From Eledone cirrhosa (taxonomy: Eukaryota): a DNA stretch of 64,000 nucleotides. The stretch's first letter is position 1. Each line of letters starts with the position of its first letter. The stretch spans positions 3,162,001-3,226,000 of the forward strand of contig OZ024743.1 of NCBI GenBank assembly GCA_964016885.1. Reading direction: 5' to 3'. Positions 27,681 through 41,104 of the stretch are shown here, one piece after another. Under the pieces are notes generated by a model, which searched no databases, was not told the DNA's origin, and worked only from the letters and a program-made list of their open reading frames with translations. The position numbers and the translations under genes were made by a program.

Positions 27681-29353
27681 CATCATCATCATCATCATCA
27701 TCAGGTTTAGCGTCCGTGTTCCACGCTTGCATGGGTTTGGACGGGGGTTTTCCCACTTGAGGCAAGAGTGGTTGTCTTGCTCGCATAGGACTGTCTGGCG
27801 GGTTTTCTACAGTTGGATGCCCTTCCTAACACCAACCACATTTACAGTGTGGGGCTGGGAGGTTTTTACCGTGTTGCCTACACGGCCACATTACAGCGTG
27901 GACTGTCTGGCGGGTTTTCTACAGCTGGATGCCCTTCCTAACACCAACCACATTTACAGTGTGGGGCTGGGAGGTTTTTACCGTGTTGCCTACACGGCCA
28001 CATTTACAGCGTGGACTGTGTGTTTTTTGTCGTGACACCTACACGATCTCATTTGTTTCGGCCTGGATGTTGTGGGACCAACATAACTTTACATTGAAAC
28101 GGGCGGTGTGGGTGGGGTGGAGGTGGTGGGACGGGGGTGTGTTTTGATAGAGGTGCCTACTGACTGTAGTAGGTTTTTACTTTGTATTTAGGTAAGGCGG
28201 GTCTTCTCTATTACTGAGTACCGCCAAAGGTCTCGGTCCAGTGACATTGTCTTGGAGAGGTGTAAGCGTGTGAGGTCGGAATTTATCAGCTCGTCCCATG
28301 TTTTTCTGGGTCTGCCTACTCCGTGGCTACCGTCTATCTTTATTGCCCTGCACTTTGTTATACAGCTGTCGTCTTTCATGCGCATCACGTGACCGTACCA
28401 ACGTAGCCTTCTCTCGAGTAAACAACATCTGATCCCTCTTATTTCTAATTTTTTCCTTAGTTCGTTTATGCTTTGCCGTTCACGTATATTACTATTGCAC
28501 ATCCAGCGGAGCATGCAAGCTTCGTTCCTCTCTAGTCTGCGTATATCCTCTGCACACAATGCCCAGGTCTCACTGCCATGCAGCATTGCTGTTCGTATGC
28601 AGGCATCGTATAACCTGCCTTTCATTTTTAGGGAGAACCCTCTAGCGGCTAATAGTGGTATAAGCTCTCTGAACTTTTTCCATCCAGTTCTGACTCTAGC
28701 TACTGTACTTTCAGAGCACCCTCCCCCACTGCTGATTTTGTCACCCAGATAACGGAAGCTGTCCACTATTTCTATAGAACCCTCTGCGCAGTTGAAGGAG
28801 CTAGTATTTTGTGGGCACTTGCTGCTACTTATTGCACCAGAGCACCGGCCACATGTAAAATCTATGTTCTTAGTTAGCTTACCTGTGATCCCACTACATC
28901 TTTTATGCACCCATACTTTGCATTTGGGACATAAAATGGAGTTTCTACCTACGCCTTTCCTACACACTGAGCATGGCCATTTCCCCGATGGGACCGCCGC
29001 CTTATTTTCTTTCCTACAAACTAGAACTTTAGTCTTAGCCAGGTTAATTTTAAGGCCTTTTGATTCTAGGCCGTGCTTCCACGTTTGGAATTTCTTCTCT
29101 AGTTCGGTCATTGATTCAGCTATGAGCGTTAGATCATCTGCGTATAGGAGTTCCCATGGGCAGCCGGTCTTGAACTCCTCTGTTATAGCCTGAAGGGCAA
29201 TAATAAATAGTAGGGGGCTAAGTACAGAGCCCTGATGGACACCAACTTTTACGCTAAACTCTTCACTATATTCGTTGTTAATTCTAACCTTACTGACTGT
29301 TTCTTTATACATGGCTTGTATAGCTCTCACAAGCCATTCGTCAACACCTAGTT
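27681..29353 (-). mobile_element. 5'-truncated RTE LINE (family B)
   Basis: ORF 28188-29330 with QGSVLSP, YADD and a PHD-like C4HC3 motif. The 3' UTR has a ~110-bp internal duplication and a (GAT)n tail. Confidence 0.92.
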
Positions 29354-29842
29354 ATATATATATATATATAAATTTAATTGTAAAGAATATATTAATTAGG
29401 TATATATTTAAAAATTTATCTCAGTTTATGAATACATGATATTCAGCAATCCATCTGTATAGGAATTTTAATTTTAAGCTAATTAAATAAAAATAAAAAT
29501 TATAGGTTAACTAAATTAAAATTAATTCATAAATAAGTTTCTAAATTGTACATTAATTAGGTTTATAATATTAAAAAATATCTCTCTGTTATTGATTACA
29601 CGATATTTTGTTATATTTCATCTGTAAAGGAATTTTAATAAAAGGTTAAATAAACTAAAATTAATCTATAAATTAATTTACAAAGTATATATTAATTATG
29701 TTAATAATATTTAAAAGTTTTTCACTATTTATGATTACACAATATTTTTTAATCTCATCTGTATTAGAATTTTAATTAAATTAAATTTATAGGTTAACTA
29801 CATTTAAATTAAATTATATATTAATTTCTAAAATATATATTA

Positions 29843-30575
29843 TTAATTAGGTTTATAATATTTAAATGTTTTTCTCAGTTTATGATTACACGATATAATT
29901 AATTCCTGTCGCTTATTTAATAGGATATCCTTAGATTTCATTATTTCAAATAGTTCTTGGGAACATAATCTACATTCATTTCTATTATTTTGATAAGGGG
30001 TGGCTCTTTTGAGCACACTCCAGGTCATATCATATTCTATATTCTTATTTCTATAACTATTAATTTTTTCTGCTAGAGATGTTGTATTAGCCAGTGCGGC
30101 ATTTTTAAAACTATGTTTGTGGGTATTAAACCTTACCTTAAAATTGTTAGAAGTAGCTCTTATATATGAGCAAATAGAATCTTTAGTTTTAACTTTACAT
30201 TTATAAACTATGTTGTTAACAAGACAATTTCCTTTTAATGGGCAGTTTGCTTTGTTTCTACAGTTACAACCTTTCGTTAATTCTGTATTTGAGGAGATAT
30301 TATGGTTAGTTTGATGTATTGGTGGTATACTTATGGTTTTTTTACATTTATATGCATTATAGGCACTTATATTTTGTTTTATGTTTTTGGTTGTTGAGTA
30401 TGAGAATTTAACTGTTGACCTATTTAAGATTTGATGGTATTTGTGGTTTGGCGGGAAGTTTTTCTCTAGGATATAAAAACTTTTTTTAGCAATATTATCC
30501 TTAATTTGTAAATTAAATGGAGCATTATACCAAGTAACTCGTCTATTACGGTTTCTATGTTGTTTATTATAAACA
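29843..30575 (-). pseudogene. PLE thumb/linker/GIY-YIG remnant
   Basis: [48 protein letters not shown]. Confidence 0.88.
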
Positions 30576-30594
30576 ACATAAAATATAAATATAA

Positions 30595-30625
<31 letters not shown>

Positions 30626-30756
30626 AATATATATATATATAAATATATATATATATAAATATATATATATATAAATATATATATATATAAATATATATAT
30701 ATATAAATATATATATATATAAATATATATATATATAAATATATATATATATAAAT

Positions 30757-30791
<35 letters not shown>

Positions 30792-30844
30792 AATATAAAT
30801 ATATATATATATAAATATAAATATAAATATATATATATATAAAT

Positions 30845-30897
<53 letters not shown>

Positions 30898-30922
30898 AAT
30901 ATATATATATATAAATATATAT

Positions 30923-30971
<49 letters not shown>

Positions 30972-30996
30972 AATATATATATATATAAATATATAT

Positions 30997-31045
<49 letters not shown>

Positions 31046-31234
31046 AATATATATATATATAAATATATATATATATAAATATATATATATATAAATATAT
31101 ATATATATAAATATATATATATATAAATATATAAATATAAATATATATATATATAAATATATATATATATAAATATATAAATATAAATATATATATATAT
31201 AAATATATATATATATAAATATATAAATATAAAT

Positions 31235-31276
<42 letters not shown>

Positions 31277-31620
31277 GGAGGCACATGGCTTAGTGGTTAG
31301 AGCATTGGCCTTGCAATCGAAAGGTTGTGAGTTCAATTCTCAGACCGGGTGATGTGTTGTTTCCTTGAGCAAGACACTTTACTTCACATTGCTCCAGCTT
31401 ACTCAGCTGTAGAAATGAGATGATAGGGACTGGGGTCCCTATCATTCCACTGAAAAGTGGTCGTGGAGGTGCCACGGCAAAAAAGCACCCAGCACTCACT
31501 GTAAATGAGGTTGGTGTTAGGAAGGGCATCCAGCTGTAGAAATCAAGCCAGAATCAGTTCCCGTCCCACCCTTGCAAGCAGGGAAAAGCGGACGTAAAAT
31601 GAAATGATGAAATGATGATG
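31277..31620 (+). mobile_element. tRNA-derived CORE-like SINE with RTE-derived tail
   Basis: A box tggcttagtgg, B box gagttcaattc, ccttgagcaagacacttt. The 3' part matches RTE 3' UTRs and ends in a GAT-rich tail. Confidence 0.8.
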
Positions 31621-31646
31621 ATATATAAATATATATATATATATAA

Positions 31647-31679
<33 letters not shown>

Positions 31680-31692
31680 ATTATAAATATAT

Positions 31693-31739
<47 letters not shown>

Positions 31740-31748
31740 TAAATATAT

Positions 31749-31815
<67 letters not shown>

Positions 31816-31856
31816 TATAAATCTAAATATATATATATATATATAAATCTAAATAT

Positions 31857-31889
<33 letters not shown>

Positions 31890-31896
31890 AATATAT

Positions 31897-31999
<103 letters not shown>

Positions 32000-32002
32000 A
32001 AT

Positions 32003-32055
<53 letters not shown>

Positions 32056-32086
32056 AATATATAAATATATATATATATATATATAA

Positions 32087-32161
<75 letters not shown>

Positions 32162-32162
32162 A

Positions 32163-32193
<31 letters not shown>

Positions 32194-32258
32194 AGTATAT
32201 ATATATATATATATATAAATATATAAATATATATATATATATAAGTATATATATATAA

Positions 32259-32827
<569 letters not shown>

Positions 32828-32870
32828 AATATATATAAATATATATATATATATATAAATATATATATAT

Positions 32871-33137
32871 CATCATCATCATCAACGTTTAACGTCCGTG
32901 TTCCACGCTTGCATGGGTTTGGACGGGGGTAGTCCCACTTGAGGCAAGAGTGATTGTCTTGCTCGCATAGGACTGTCTGGCAGGTTTTCTACAGTTGGAT
33001 GCCCTTCCTAACACCAACCACATTTACAGTGTGGGTCTGGGAGGTTTTTACCTTGTTGCCTACACGGCCACATTACAGCGTGGACTGTGTGTTTTTTTGT
33101 CGTGACACCTACACGATCTCATTTGTTTCGGCCTCGA
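32871..33137 (-). mobile_element. RTE family B 3' UTR fragment
   Basis: Reverse complement of ~37986-38261. Confidence 0.85.
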
Positions 33138-33140
33138 AAT

Positions 33141-33175
<35 letters not shown>

Positions 33176-33187
33176 AATATATATATA

Positions 33188-33700
33188 CCACCCCCCACCC
33201 CACCTCTCAAAGTCAATGACACACGACCGTGACTTCTGGCGTCACGCAGTAATACAGTATATATACAGTATATATAAATATATATATATATATATACCCC
33301 ACCCCCACCCCACCTCTCAAAGTCAATGACACACGACCGTGACTTCTGGCGTCACGCAGTAATACAGGGTACCCGACCTCCCATGGGTACATGCTGAAGC
33401 ATATAAACAATATGCCCCCACTCCCCCCACCGCAAGGTGGTCGTGGAGGTGCCACGGCAAAAAAGCACCCAGCCCACACTGTAAAGTGGACGTGTAGGCG
33501 CCACGAAAAAGCACCCAGCACTCACTGTAAATGAGGTTGGTGTTAGGAAGGGCATCCAGCTGTAGAAATCAAGCCAGATCAGTTCCTGTATGAGCAAGGC
33601 ATGGTCAGCCGACCAGACACTGCCCACAACAGGACAACCCGTCTAACCCATGCTAGCGTGGAAGAACGGACGTAAAACGGTGATGATGATGATGATGATG

Positions 33701-33702
<2 letters not shown>
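33188..33702 (+). mobile_element. RTE family A 3' end fragment with duplicated 5' piece
   Basis: 33310-33702 matches 61578-61963. 33188-33258 duplicates its first ~70 nt across a TA tract. Confidence 0.85.
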
Positions 33703-33735
<33 letters not shown>

Positions 33736-33751
33736 AATATATATATATATA

Positions 33752-33799
<48 letters not shown>

Positions 33800-33842
33800 T
33801 ATATATATAAATATATATATATATAAATATATATATATAAAT

Positions 33843-33898
<56 letters not shown>

Positions 33899-34039
33899 TA
33901 TATATATAAATATATATATATAAATATATATATATAAATATATATATATAAATATATATATAAATATATATATAAATATAAATATATATATATAAATATA
34001 TATATATAAATATATATATATAAATATATATATATAAAT

Positions 34040-34102
<63 letters not shown>

Positions 34103-34103
34103 A

Positions 34104-34228
<125 letters not shown>

Positions 34229-34231
34229 AAT

Positions 34232-34266
<35 letters not shown>

Positions 34267-34289
34267 AATATATAAATATAAATATATAT

Positions 34290-34328
<39 letters not shown>

Positions 34329-34329
34329 A

Positions 34330-34400
<71 letters not shown>

Positions 34401-34402
34401 AA

Positions 34403-35157
34403 TATACAGTATTTTCCGTTGTATTGTAATATAAATATTACACACAGTAGATTGACAGCTCACGTAGAGTTTGCTCGACGGTTCCAGTTGTAGTTCCAAA
34501 AGTAATCCGGAGAAAAATAGAAAGATTTGAATGGATACAGTTTAGTTGAAAGGAATTTATTGACACGTGTTTCTGTAACAGTTACATAACCTAAAACAGC
34601 TGCTATCTACAAAAGTTTTAGTTATGCAGACATTCAATATTTCAATGTTATTATTTACTGTCATTTCATCAGAATAATATTATTGAGGACCTATTTGGTT
34701 TTTATAGAGAATATTAGGAGGGAGGGGTGAAGTTGTTAGAAGAATAGTTGAGGGAGTGGTTTTTTGATAGCAGTGAGAATTTTTTGGTGGCAGTGAGTAA
34801 TTAGATTCCCATCTGTTGTTTTGACATTTTTATAGAATATATTATTGGTTATTTTTCTAAATTTATAGAAGGATTAGAGATAGTAAAGATATGTGTGGTT
34901 GGTTTTGTGTTTGCACTTAATTAACATTTAGACTTAAATTTTTCTTTCAAGTGTACTATCCTTTCACCCACACATTCACACACAAATATATTTGCACACC
35001 TCTACAAAATACATATACTCACATTCACATATTCATACTTACATACATATACAAATGCATACATATATACACACATGTATTCATATACATACATACGCGT
35101 TCATGTGTATACATTTTCATACTCAACTTATCTTTATATACACACGCATAGACACAC
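34403..35157 (-). mobile_element. pLTR-type element with HHR (same family as 44952-46905), truncated by the gap
   Basis: High similarity to 44952-45705. The HHR on the minus strand at ~34557-34678 has a CACGTG stem III. Confidence 0.8.
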
Positions 35158-35357
35158 NNNNNNNNNNNNNNNNNNNNNNNNNNNNNNNNNNNNNNNNNNN
35201 NNNNNNNNNNNNNNNNNNNNNNNNNNNNNNNNNNNNNNNNNNNNNNNNNNNNNNNNNNNNNNNNNNNNNNNNNNNNNNNNNNNNNNNNNNNNNNNNNNNN
35301 NNNNNNNNNNNNNNNNNNNNNNNNNNNNNNNNNNNNNNNNNNNNNNNNNNNNNNNNN
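35158..35357. other. Assembly gap (200 N)
   Basis: Run of n. Confidence 1.
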
Positions 35358-35389
<32 letters not shown>

Positions 35390-35390
35390 T

Positions 35391-38261
35391 TTCAAAAAAC
35401 GTGACAATCACCTGATCACCTATAGATCCGGGGAACACACAAGCCAGGTAGATTATATCCTTACCAGAAGACGTGACAGAGTGTCTGTTGTAAACACTAA
35501 ATCCCTCCCCCATGAAGAATGCACCTCCCAATATAGACTGATAATTAGCGACCTCATAGTCAGGACGAGACGTACTCGACAACAGAAGAGGACTATCCTC
35601 AGGAGGAAAATATGGAAGCTAAAGGACCCCACAGCCAGGAATAAATTTCAAAGCATATTACTTGATGCTTTCGACAGTAAGGAAGAACATTTAGAGTCGG
35701 ACAATATAGAGGGACAGTGGGAATTTCTGAAAGCAAACCTGCTGTTGGCGACAGACGAAGTCTGTGGCTGGAGCAGGCCTGTAGGCAGGAGGAGAGTAAC
35801 ATGGTGGTGGAACAGTAAGGTGGAGGGGTCAATTAAGGCCAAAAAGCAGGCTTGGAAAGTATGGCGGGATGGGGGAAGTAGAGAGGACTATCAAGTGGCC
35901 AGGAGGGAAGCTAGGAGACAAGTGTACTTAGCAAGAAGGGAAGCTGAGGAAAGAAAGTTCAAGCATGTTCTACAACGCGATGACCAAAAACGTGAGGTGT
36001 TCAGGATTGCTAGGCAATGGGTCAAGGAAAACCGTGATATTGTCGGGGAGAAGTGTGTACTAAACGACGATGGCACACTTGCCATCACCGACGCTGATAA
36101 GAAGGTAGCTTGGAAGTGTCACTATGAAAGGCTACTAAATGAGGAGAATAAATGGGAGAAAGACAGTCTCCCCCATATCGACCCAATAGAGGGACCAGCA
36201 GTGTTAGTCGAGGGGAGTATAATAAGTAAGGCAATCAAGGATATGAAGACGGGTAAGGCGGCTGGGCCTTCGGAAATAGTTGCTGAGATGCTGAAGGCAT
36301 CTGGCACGGTGGGACACACCATGGTCACCCGCATAGTTAACCAAGTCGTACAGAATGGGGTTGTTCCGAAGGACTGGCATAGCAGCATCATCGTTAACTG
36401 TTATAAGGGTAAATGAGACGCCCTCGATAGGAGTAACTATAGAGGCATTAAATTAATCGACCAGGTCATGAAGGTCACGGAAAAAGTAATAGCGCAACTA
36501 ATCAGAGAGAGAATTGACCTAGATGAAATGCAGTTCGGGTTTGTGTCACGCAAAAGTACCACAGACGCTCTTTTCATAGTACGACAACTACAGGAGAAGT
36601 ACCTAGCTAAAGGTAAGCCCCTCTACTTAGCTTTTGTCGACTTGGAGAAAGCCTTCGACAGAGTCCCCCGCTCCATTATCTGGTGGGCTCTTAGAAAACT
36701 AGGCGTTGACGAATGGCTTGTGAGGGCTATACAAGCCATGTATAAAGAAACAGTCAGCAAGGTTAGAATTAACAACGAATATAGTGAAGAGTTTAGCGTA
36801 AAAGTTGGCGTCCATCAGGGCTCTGTTCTCAGCCCACTACTATTTATTATTGCCCTTCAGGCTATAACAGAGGAGTTCAAGACAGGCTGCCCATGGGAAC
36901 TCCTATACGCAGACGACCTGACACTCATAGCGGAATCAATGGCCGAGCTAGAGAAGAAATTCCAAACATGGAAGCACGGCCTAGAGTCAAAAGGACTTAA
37001 AATTAACCTGGCTAAGACCAAAGTACTAGTTTGTAGAAAAGAAAACAAGGCGGCGGTCCCTTCTGGGAAATGGTCGTGCTCGGTGTGTAGGAAAGGCGTA
37101 GGTAGAAACTCCATTTTATGTCCTAAATGCAAAGTATGGGTGCATAAAAGATGTAGTGGGATCACAGGTAAGCTAACTAAGAACATAGATTTTACATGTG
37201 GCCGGTGCTCTGGTGCAATAAGTAGCAGCAAGTGCCCACAAACTACTAGCTCTTTCAATTTTGCGCAGAAGGTTCTATAGAAATAGTGGACAGCTTCCGT
37301 TACCTGGGCGATAAAATCAGCAGTGGGGGAGGGTGCTCTGAAAGTACTGTAGCTAGAGTCAGAACTGGTTGGAAAAAGTTCAGAGAGCTTATACCACTAT
37401 TAGCTGCTAAAGGGTTCTCACTAAAAATGAAAGGCAGGTTGTACGATGCCTGCATACGAACAGCAATGCTGCATGGCAGTGAGACCTGGGCATTGTGTGC
37501 AGAGGATATACGCAGACTAGAGAGGAACGAAGCTTGCATGCTCCGCTGGATGTGTAACAGTAATATACGTGAACGGCAAAGCATAAACGAACTAAGGAAA
37601 AAATTAGAGATAAGAGGGATCAGATGTTTACTCGAGAGAAGGCTACGTTGGTATGGACACGTGATGCGCATGAAAGTCGATAGCTGTATAACAAAGTGCA
37701 GGGCAATAAAGATAGACGGTAGTCACGGAATAGGCAGACCTAGAAAAACCTGGGACGAGCTGATAAACTCCGACATCACACACTTACACCTCTCCAAGAC
37801 AATGTCACTGGACCGAGACCTTTGGCGGTACTCAGTAACAGAGAAGACCCGCCTTACCTAAATATATAGTAAAACCTACTCCAGCCAGTAGGCATCTCTA
37901 ACAAAATACACCCCGTCCCACCACCACCACCCCCACCCCATCCACACCACCCCGTTCTATGTAAAGTTATGTTGGTGCCGCGCCATCGAGGCCGAAACAA
38001 ATGAGATCGTGTAGGTGTCACGACAAAAAAAACACACAGTCCACGCTGTAATGTGGCCGTGTAGGCAACACGGTAAAAACCTCCCAGACCCACACTGTAA
38101 ATGTGGTTGGTGTTAGGAAGGGCATCCAACTGTAGAAAACCTGCCAGACAGTCCTATGCGAGCAAGACAATCACTCTTGCCTCAAGTGGGACTACCCCCG
38201 TCCAAACCCATGCAAGCGTGGAACACGGACGTTAAACGTTGATGATGATGATGATGATGAT
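35391..38261 (+). mobile_element. 5'-truncated RTE LINE (family B), disabled
   Basis: End of APE domain, TWWWN, RT motifs (QFGF, FVDLEKAFDRV, YADD) and PHD-like finger. Stop at 36414-36416, frameshift ~37260, (GAT)n tail. Confidence 0.93.
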
Positions 38262-38285
38262 ATATATATATATATATAAATATAA

Positions 38286-38316
<31 letters not shown>

Positions 38317-38469
38317 AATATATATAAATATATATAAATATATATAAATATATATAAAATATATATAAATATATATAAATATATATAAATATATATAAAA
38401 TATATATAAATATATATAAATATATATAAATATATATAAATATATATAAATATATATATATATATAAAT

Positions 38470-38508
<39 letters not shown>

Positions 38509-38525
38509 AATATAAATAAATATAA

Positions 38526-38558
<33 letters not shown>

Positions 38559-38585
38559 AATATAAATATATATAAATATATATAT

Positions 38586-38616
<31 letters not shown>

Positions 38617-38794
38617 AATATAAATATATATAAATATATATATATATAAATATAAATATATATATATATAAATATATATATATATAAATATAAATATATA
38701 TATATATAAATATATATATATATAAATATATATATATATAAATATATATATATAAATATATAAATATATATATATATAAATATATATATATATA

Positions 38795-38830
<36 letters not shown>

Positions 38831-39068
38831 AATATATATATATAAACAATTAAGTTAAAAATGTACATCCACATATGTATACTGAAATACTAGTATGCAT
38901 ATGAATACACACACGTGTACATATGTAGATGTACCGAGTTTTTCACTGGACAGTTTACTGTGAGTGTCCAGCTATTCTGTATGTAAACACACAGACAAAC
39001 CGGTTTTTAGAGTCATACTGGTTTTTGAGGAAACACCTTTCCTCTATTCTCCAGAAAGCCAGACAAGG

Positions 39069-39113
39069 AATATTGGACTAGTTTCGATGTTGTTACATCT
39101 CATCAGCAATATT
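39069..39113 (-). ncRNA. Minimal type I hammerhead ribozyme (repeated at 39535-39579 and 40001-40045)
   Basis: aatattg CTGATGA gatg-taacaa-catc GAAA ctag TC caatatt. Confidence 0.9.
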
Positions 39114-40472
39114 TACCTATCTTCCGGCCTTTCTAGAGAATCGTAAAAGCACATATCGTTATATGCTTTTTCTATGAAAATTAGTAGTGGGCAGACTAAT
39201 TTGCATCGAGCGTGAGTACATACCGGTTCAGCGGAGACGATAAAAACAAATAACGAAACGAAATTAAATTTCGTTTCGTTTGTAACTCACTTTTGTATGA
39301 CTGACGCTTAAACAATTAAGTTAAAAATGTACATCCACATATGTATACTGAAATACTAGTATGCATATGAATACACACACGTGTACATATGTAGATGTAC
39401 CGAGTTTTTCACTGGACAGTTTACTGTGAGTGTCCAGCTATTCTGTATGTAAACACACAGACAAACCGGTTTTTAGAGTCATACTGGTTTTTGAGGAAAC
39501 ACCTTTCCTCTATTCTCCAGAAAGCCAGACAAGGAATATTGGACTAGTTTCGATGTTGTTACATCTCATCAGCAATATTTACCTATCTTCCGGCCTTTCT
39601 AGAGAATCGTAAAAGCACATATCGTTATATGCTTTTTCTATGAAAATTAGTAGTGGGCAGACTAATTTGCATCGAGCGTGAGTACATACCGGTTCAGCGG
39701 AGACGATAAAAACAAATAACGAAACGAAATTAAATTTCGTTTCGTTTGTAACTCACTTTTGTATGACTGACGCTTAAACAATTAAGTTAAAAATGTACAT
39801 CCACATATGTATACTGAAATACTAGTATGCATATGAATACACACACGTGTACATATGTAGATGTACCGAGTTTTTCACTGGACAGTTTACTGTGAGTGTC
39901 CAGCTATTCTGTATGTAAACACACAGACAAACCGGTTTTTAGAGTCATACTGGTTTTTGAGGAAACACCTTTCCTCTATTCTCCAGAAAGCCAGACAAGG
40001 AATATTGGACTAGTTTCGATGTTGTTACATCTCATCAGCAATATTTACCTATCTTCCGGCCTTTCTAGAGAATCGTAAAAGCACATATCGTTATATGCTT
40101 TTTCTATGAAAATTAGTAGTGGGCAGACTAATTTGCATCGAGCGTGAGTACATACCGGTTCAGCGGAGACGATAAAAACAAATAACGAAACGAAATTAAA
40201 TTTCGTTTCGTTTGTAACTCACTTTTGTATGACTGACGCTTAAACATGTGGATGTACATTTTTAACTTAATTGTTTAAGCGTCAGTCATACAAAAGTGAG
40301 TTACAAACGAAACGAAATTTAATTTCGTTTCGTTATTTGTTTTTATCGTCTCCGCTGAACCGGTATGTACTCACGCTCGATGCAAATTAGTCTGCCCACT
40401 ACTAATTTTCATAGAAAAAGCATATAACGATATGTGCTTTTACGATTCTCTAGAAAGGCCGGAAGATAGGTA

Positions 40473-40517
40473 AATATTGCTGATGAGATGTAACAACATC
40501 GAAACTAGTCCAATATT
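40473..40517 (+). ncRNA. Minimal type I hammerhead ribozyme (inverted arm copy)
   Basis: Same motif as 39069-39113, on the plus strand. Confidence 0.9.
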
Positions 40518-40836
40518 CCTTGTCTGGCTTTCTGGAGAATAGAGGAAAGGTGTTTCCTCAAAAACCAGTATGACTCTAAAAACCGGTTTGTCTGTGTGTT
40601 TACATACAGAATAGCTGGACACTCACAGTAAACTGTCCAGTGAAAAACTCGGTACATCTACATATGTACACGTGTGTGTATTCATATGCATACTAGTATT
40701 TCAGTATACATATGTGGATGTACATTTTTAACTTAATTGTTTAAGCGTCAGTCATACAAAAGTGAGTTACAAACGAAACGAAATTTAATTTCGTTTCGTT
40801 ATTTGTTTTTATATATATATATATATATATATATAA

Positions 40837-40879
<43 letters not shown>

Positions 40880-40994
40880 TATATAAATATAAATATATAT
40901 ATATAAATATATATATATAAATATATATATATAAATATATATAAATATATATATATATATATAAATATATATATATAAATATATATAAATATAT

Positions 40995-41031
<37 letters not shown>

Positions 41032-41040
41032 AATATATAA

Positions 41041-41073
<33 letters not shown>

Positions 41074-41104
41074 AATATATATAAATATATATATATATAT
41101 ATAA

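Larger units (their letters stand above)
25242..30580 (-). mobile_element. 5'-truncated Hydra-clade-like PLE with long repetitive 3' UTR, interrupted by an RTE
   Basis: EN ORF remnant 29843-30575. Similar AT-rich UTR repeats lie on both sides of the RTE (27200-27660 and 29370-29840). HHR at 25439-25591. Linking these pieces into one element is inferred. Confidence 0.65.
38843..40812. mobile_element. Retrozyme-like element: 3 x 466-bp tandem HHR monomers + 1.2-unit inverted arm
   Basis: Units start at 38843, 39309 and 39775. Inversion at ~40246 and inverted arm to 40812. One HHR per unit. TA flanks. Confidence 0.85.

Noticed and set aside
31277-31350. tRNA gene
   Set aside because: The A/B boxes run directly into CORE-like and RTE-tail sequence with no proper cloverleaf. 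It is a SINE head.
38964-39146. 60-aa ORF repeated in each 466-bp unit
   Set aside because: GTG start, antisense to the ribozyme, overlaps structured RNA and has no recognisable motif.
38843-40812. CRISPR array or ordinary satellite
   Set aside because: No repeat-spacer alternation and the context is eukaryotic. The intact HHR, inverted arm and TA flanks argue against a plain satellite.
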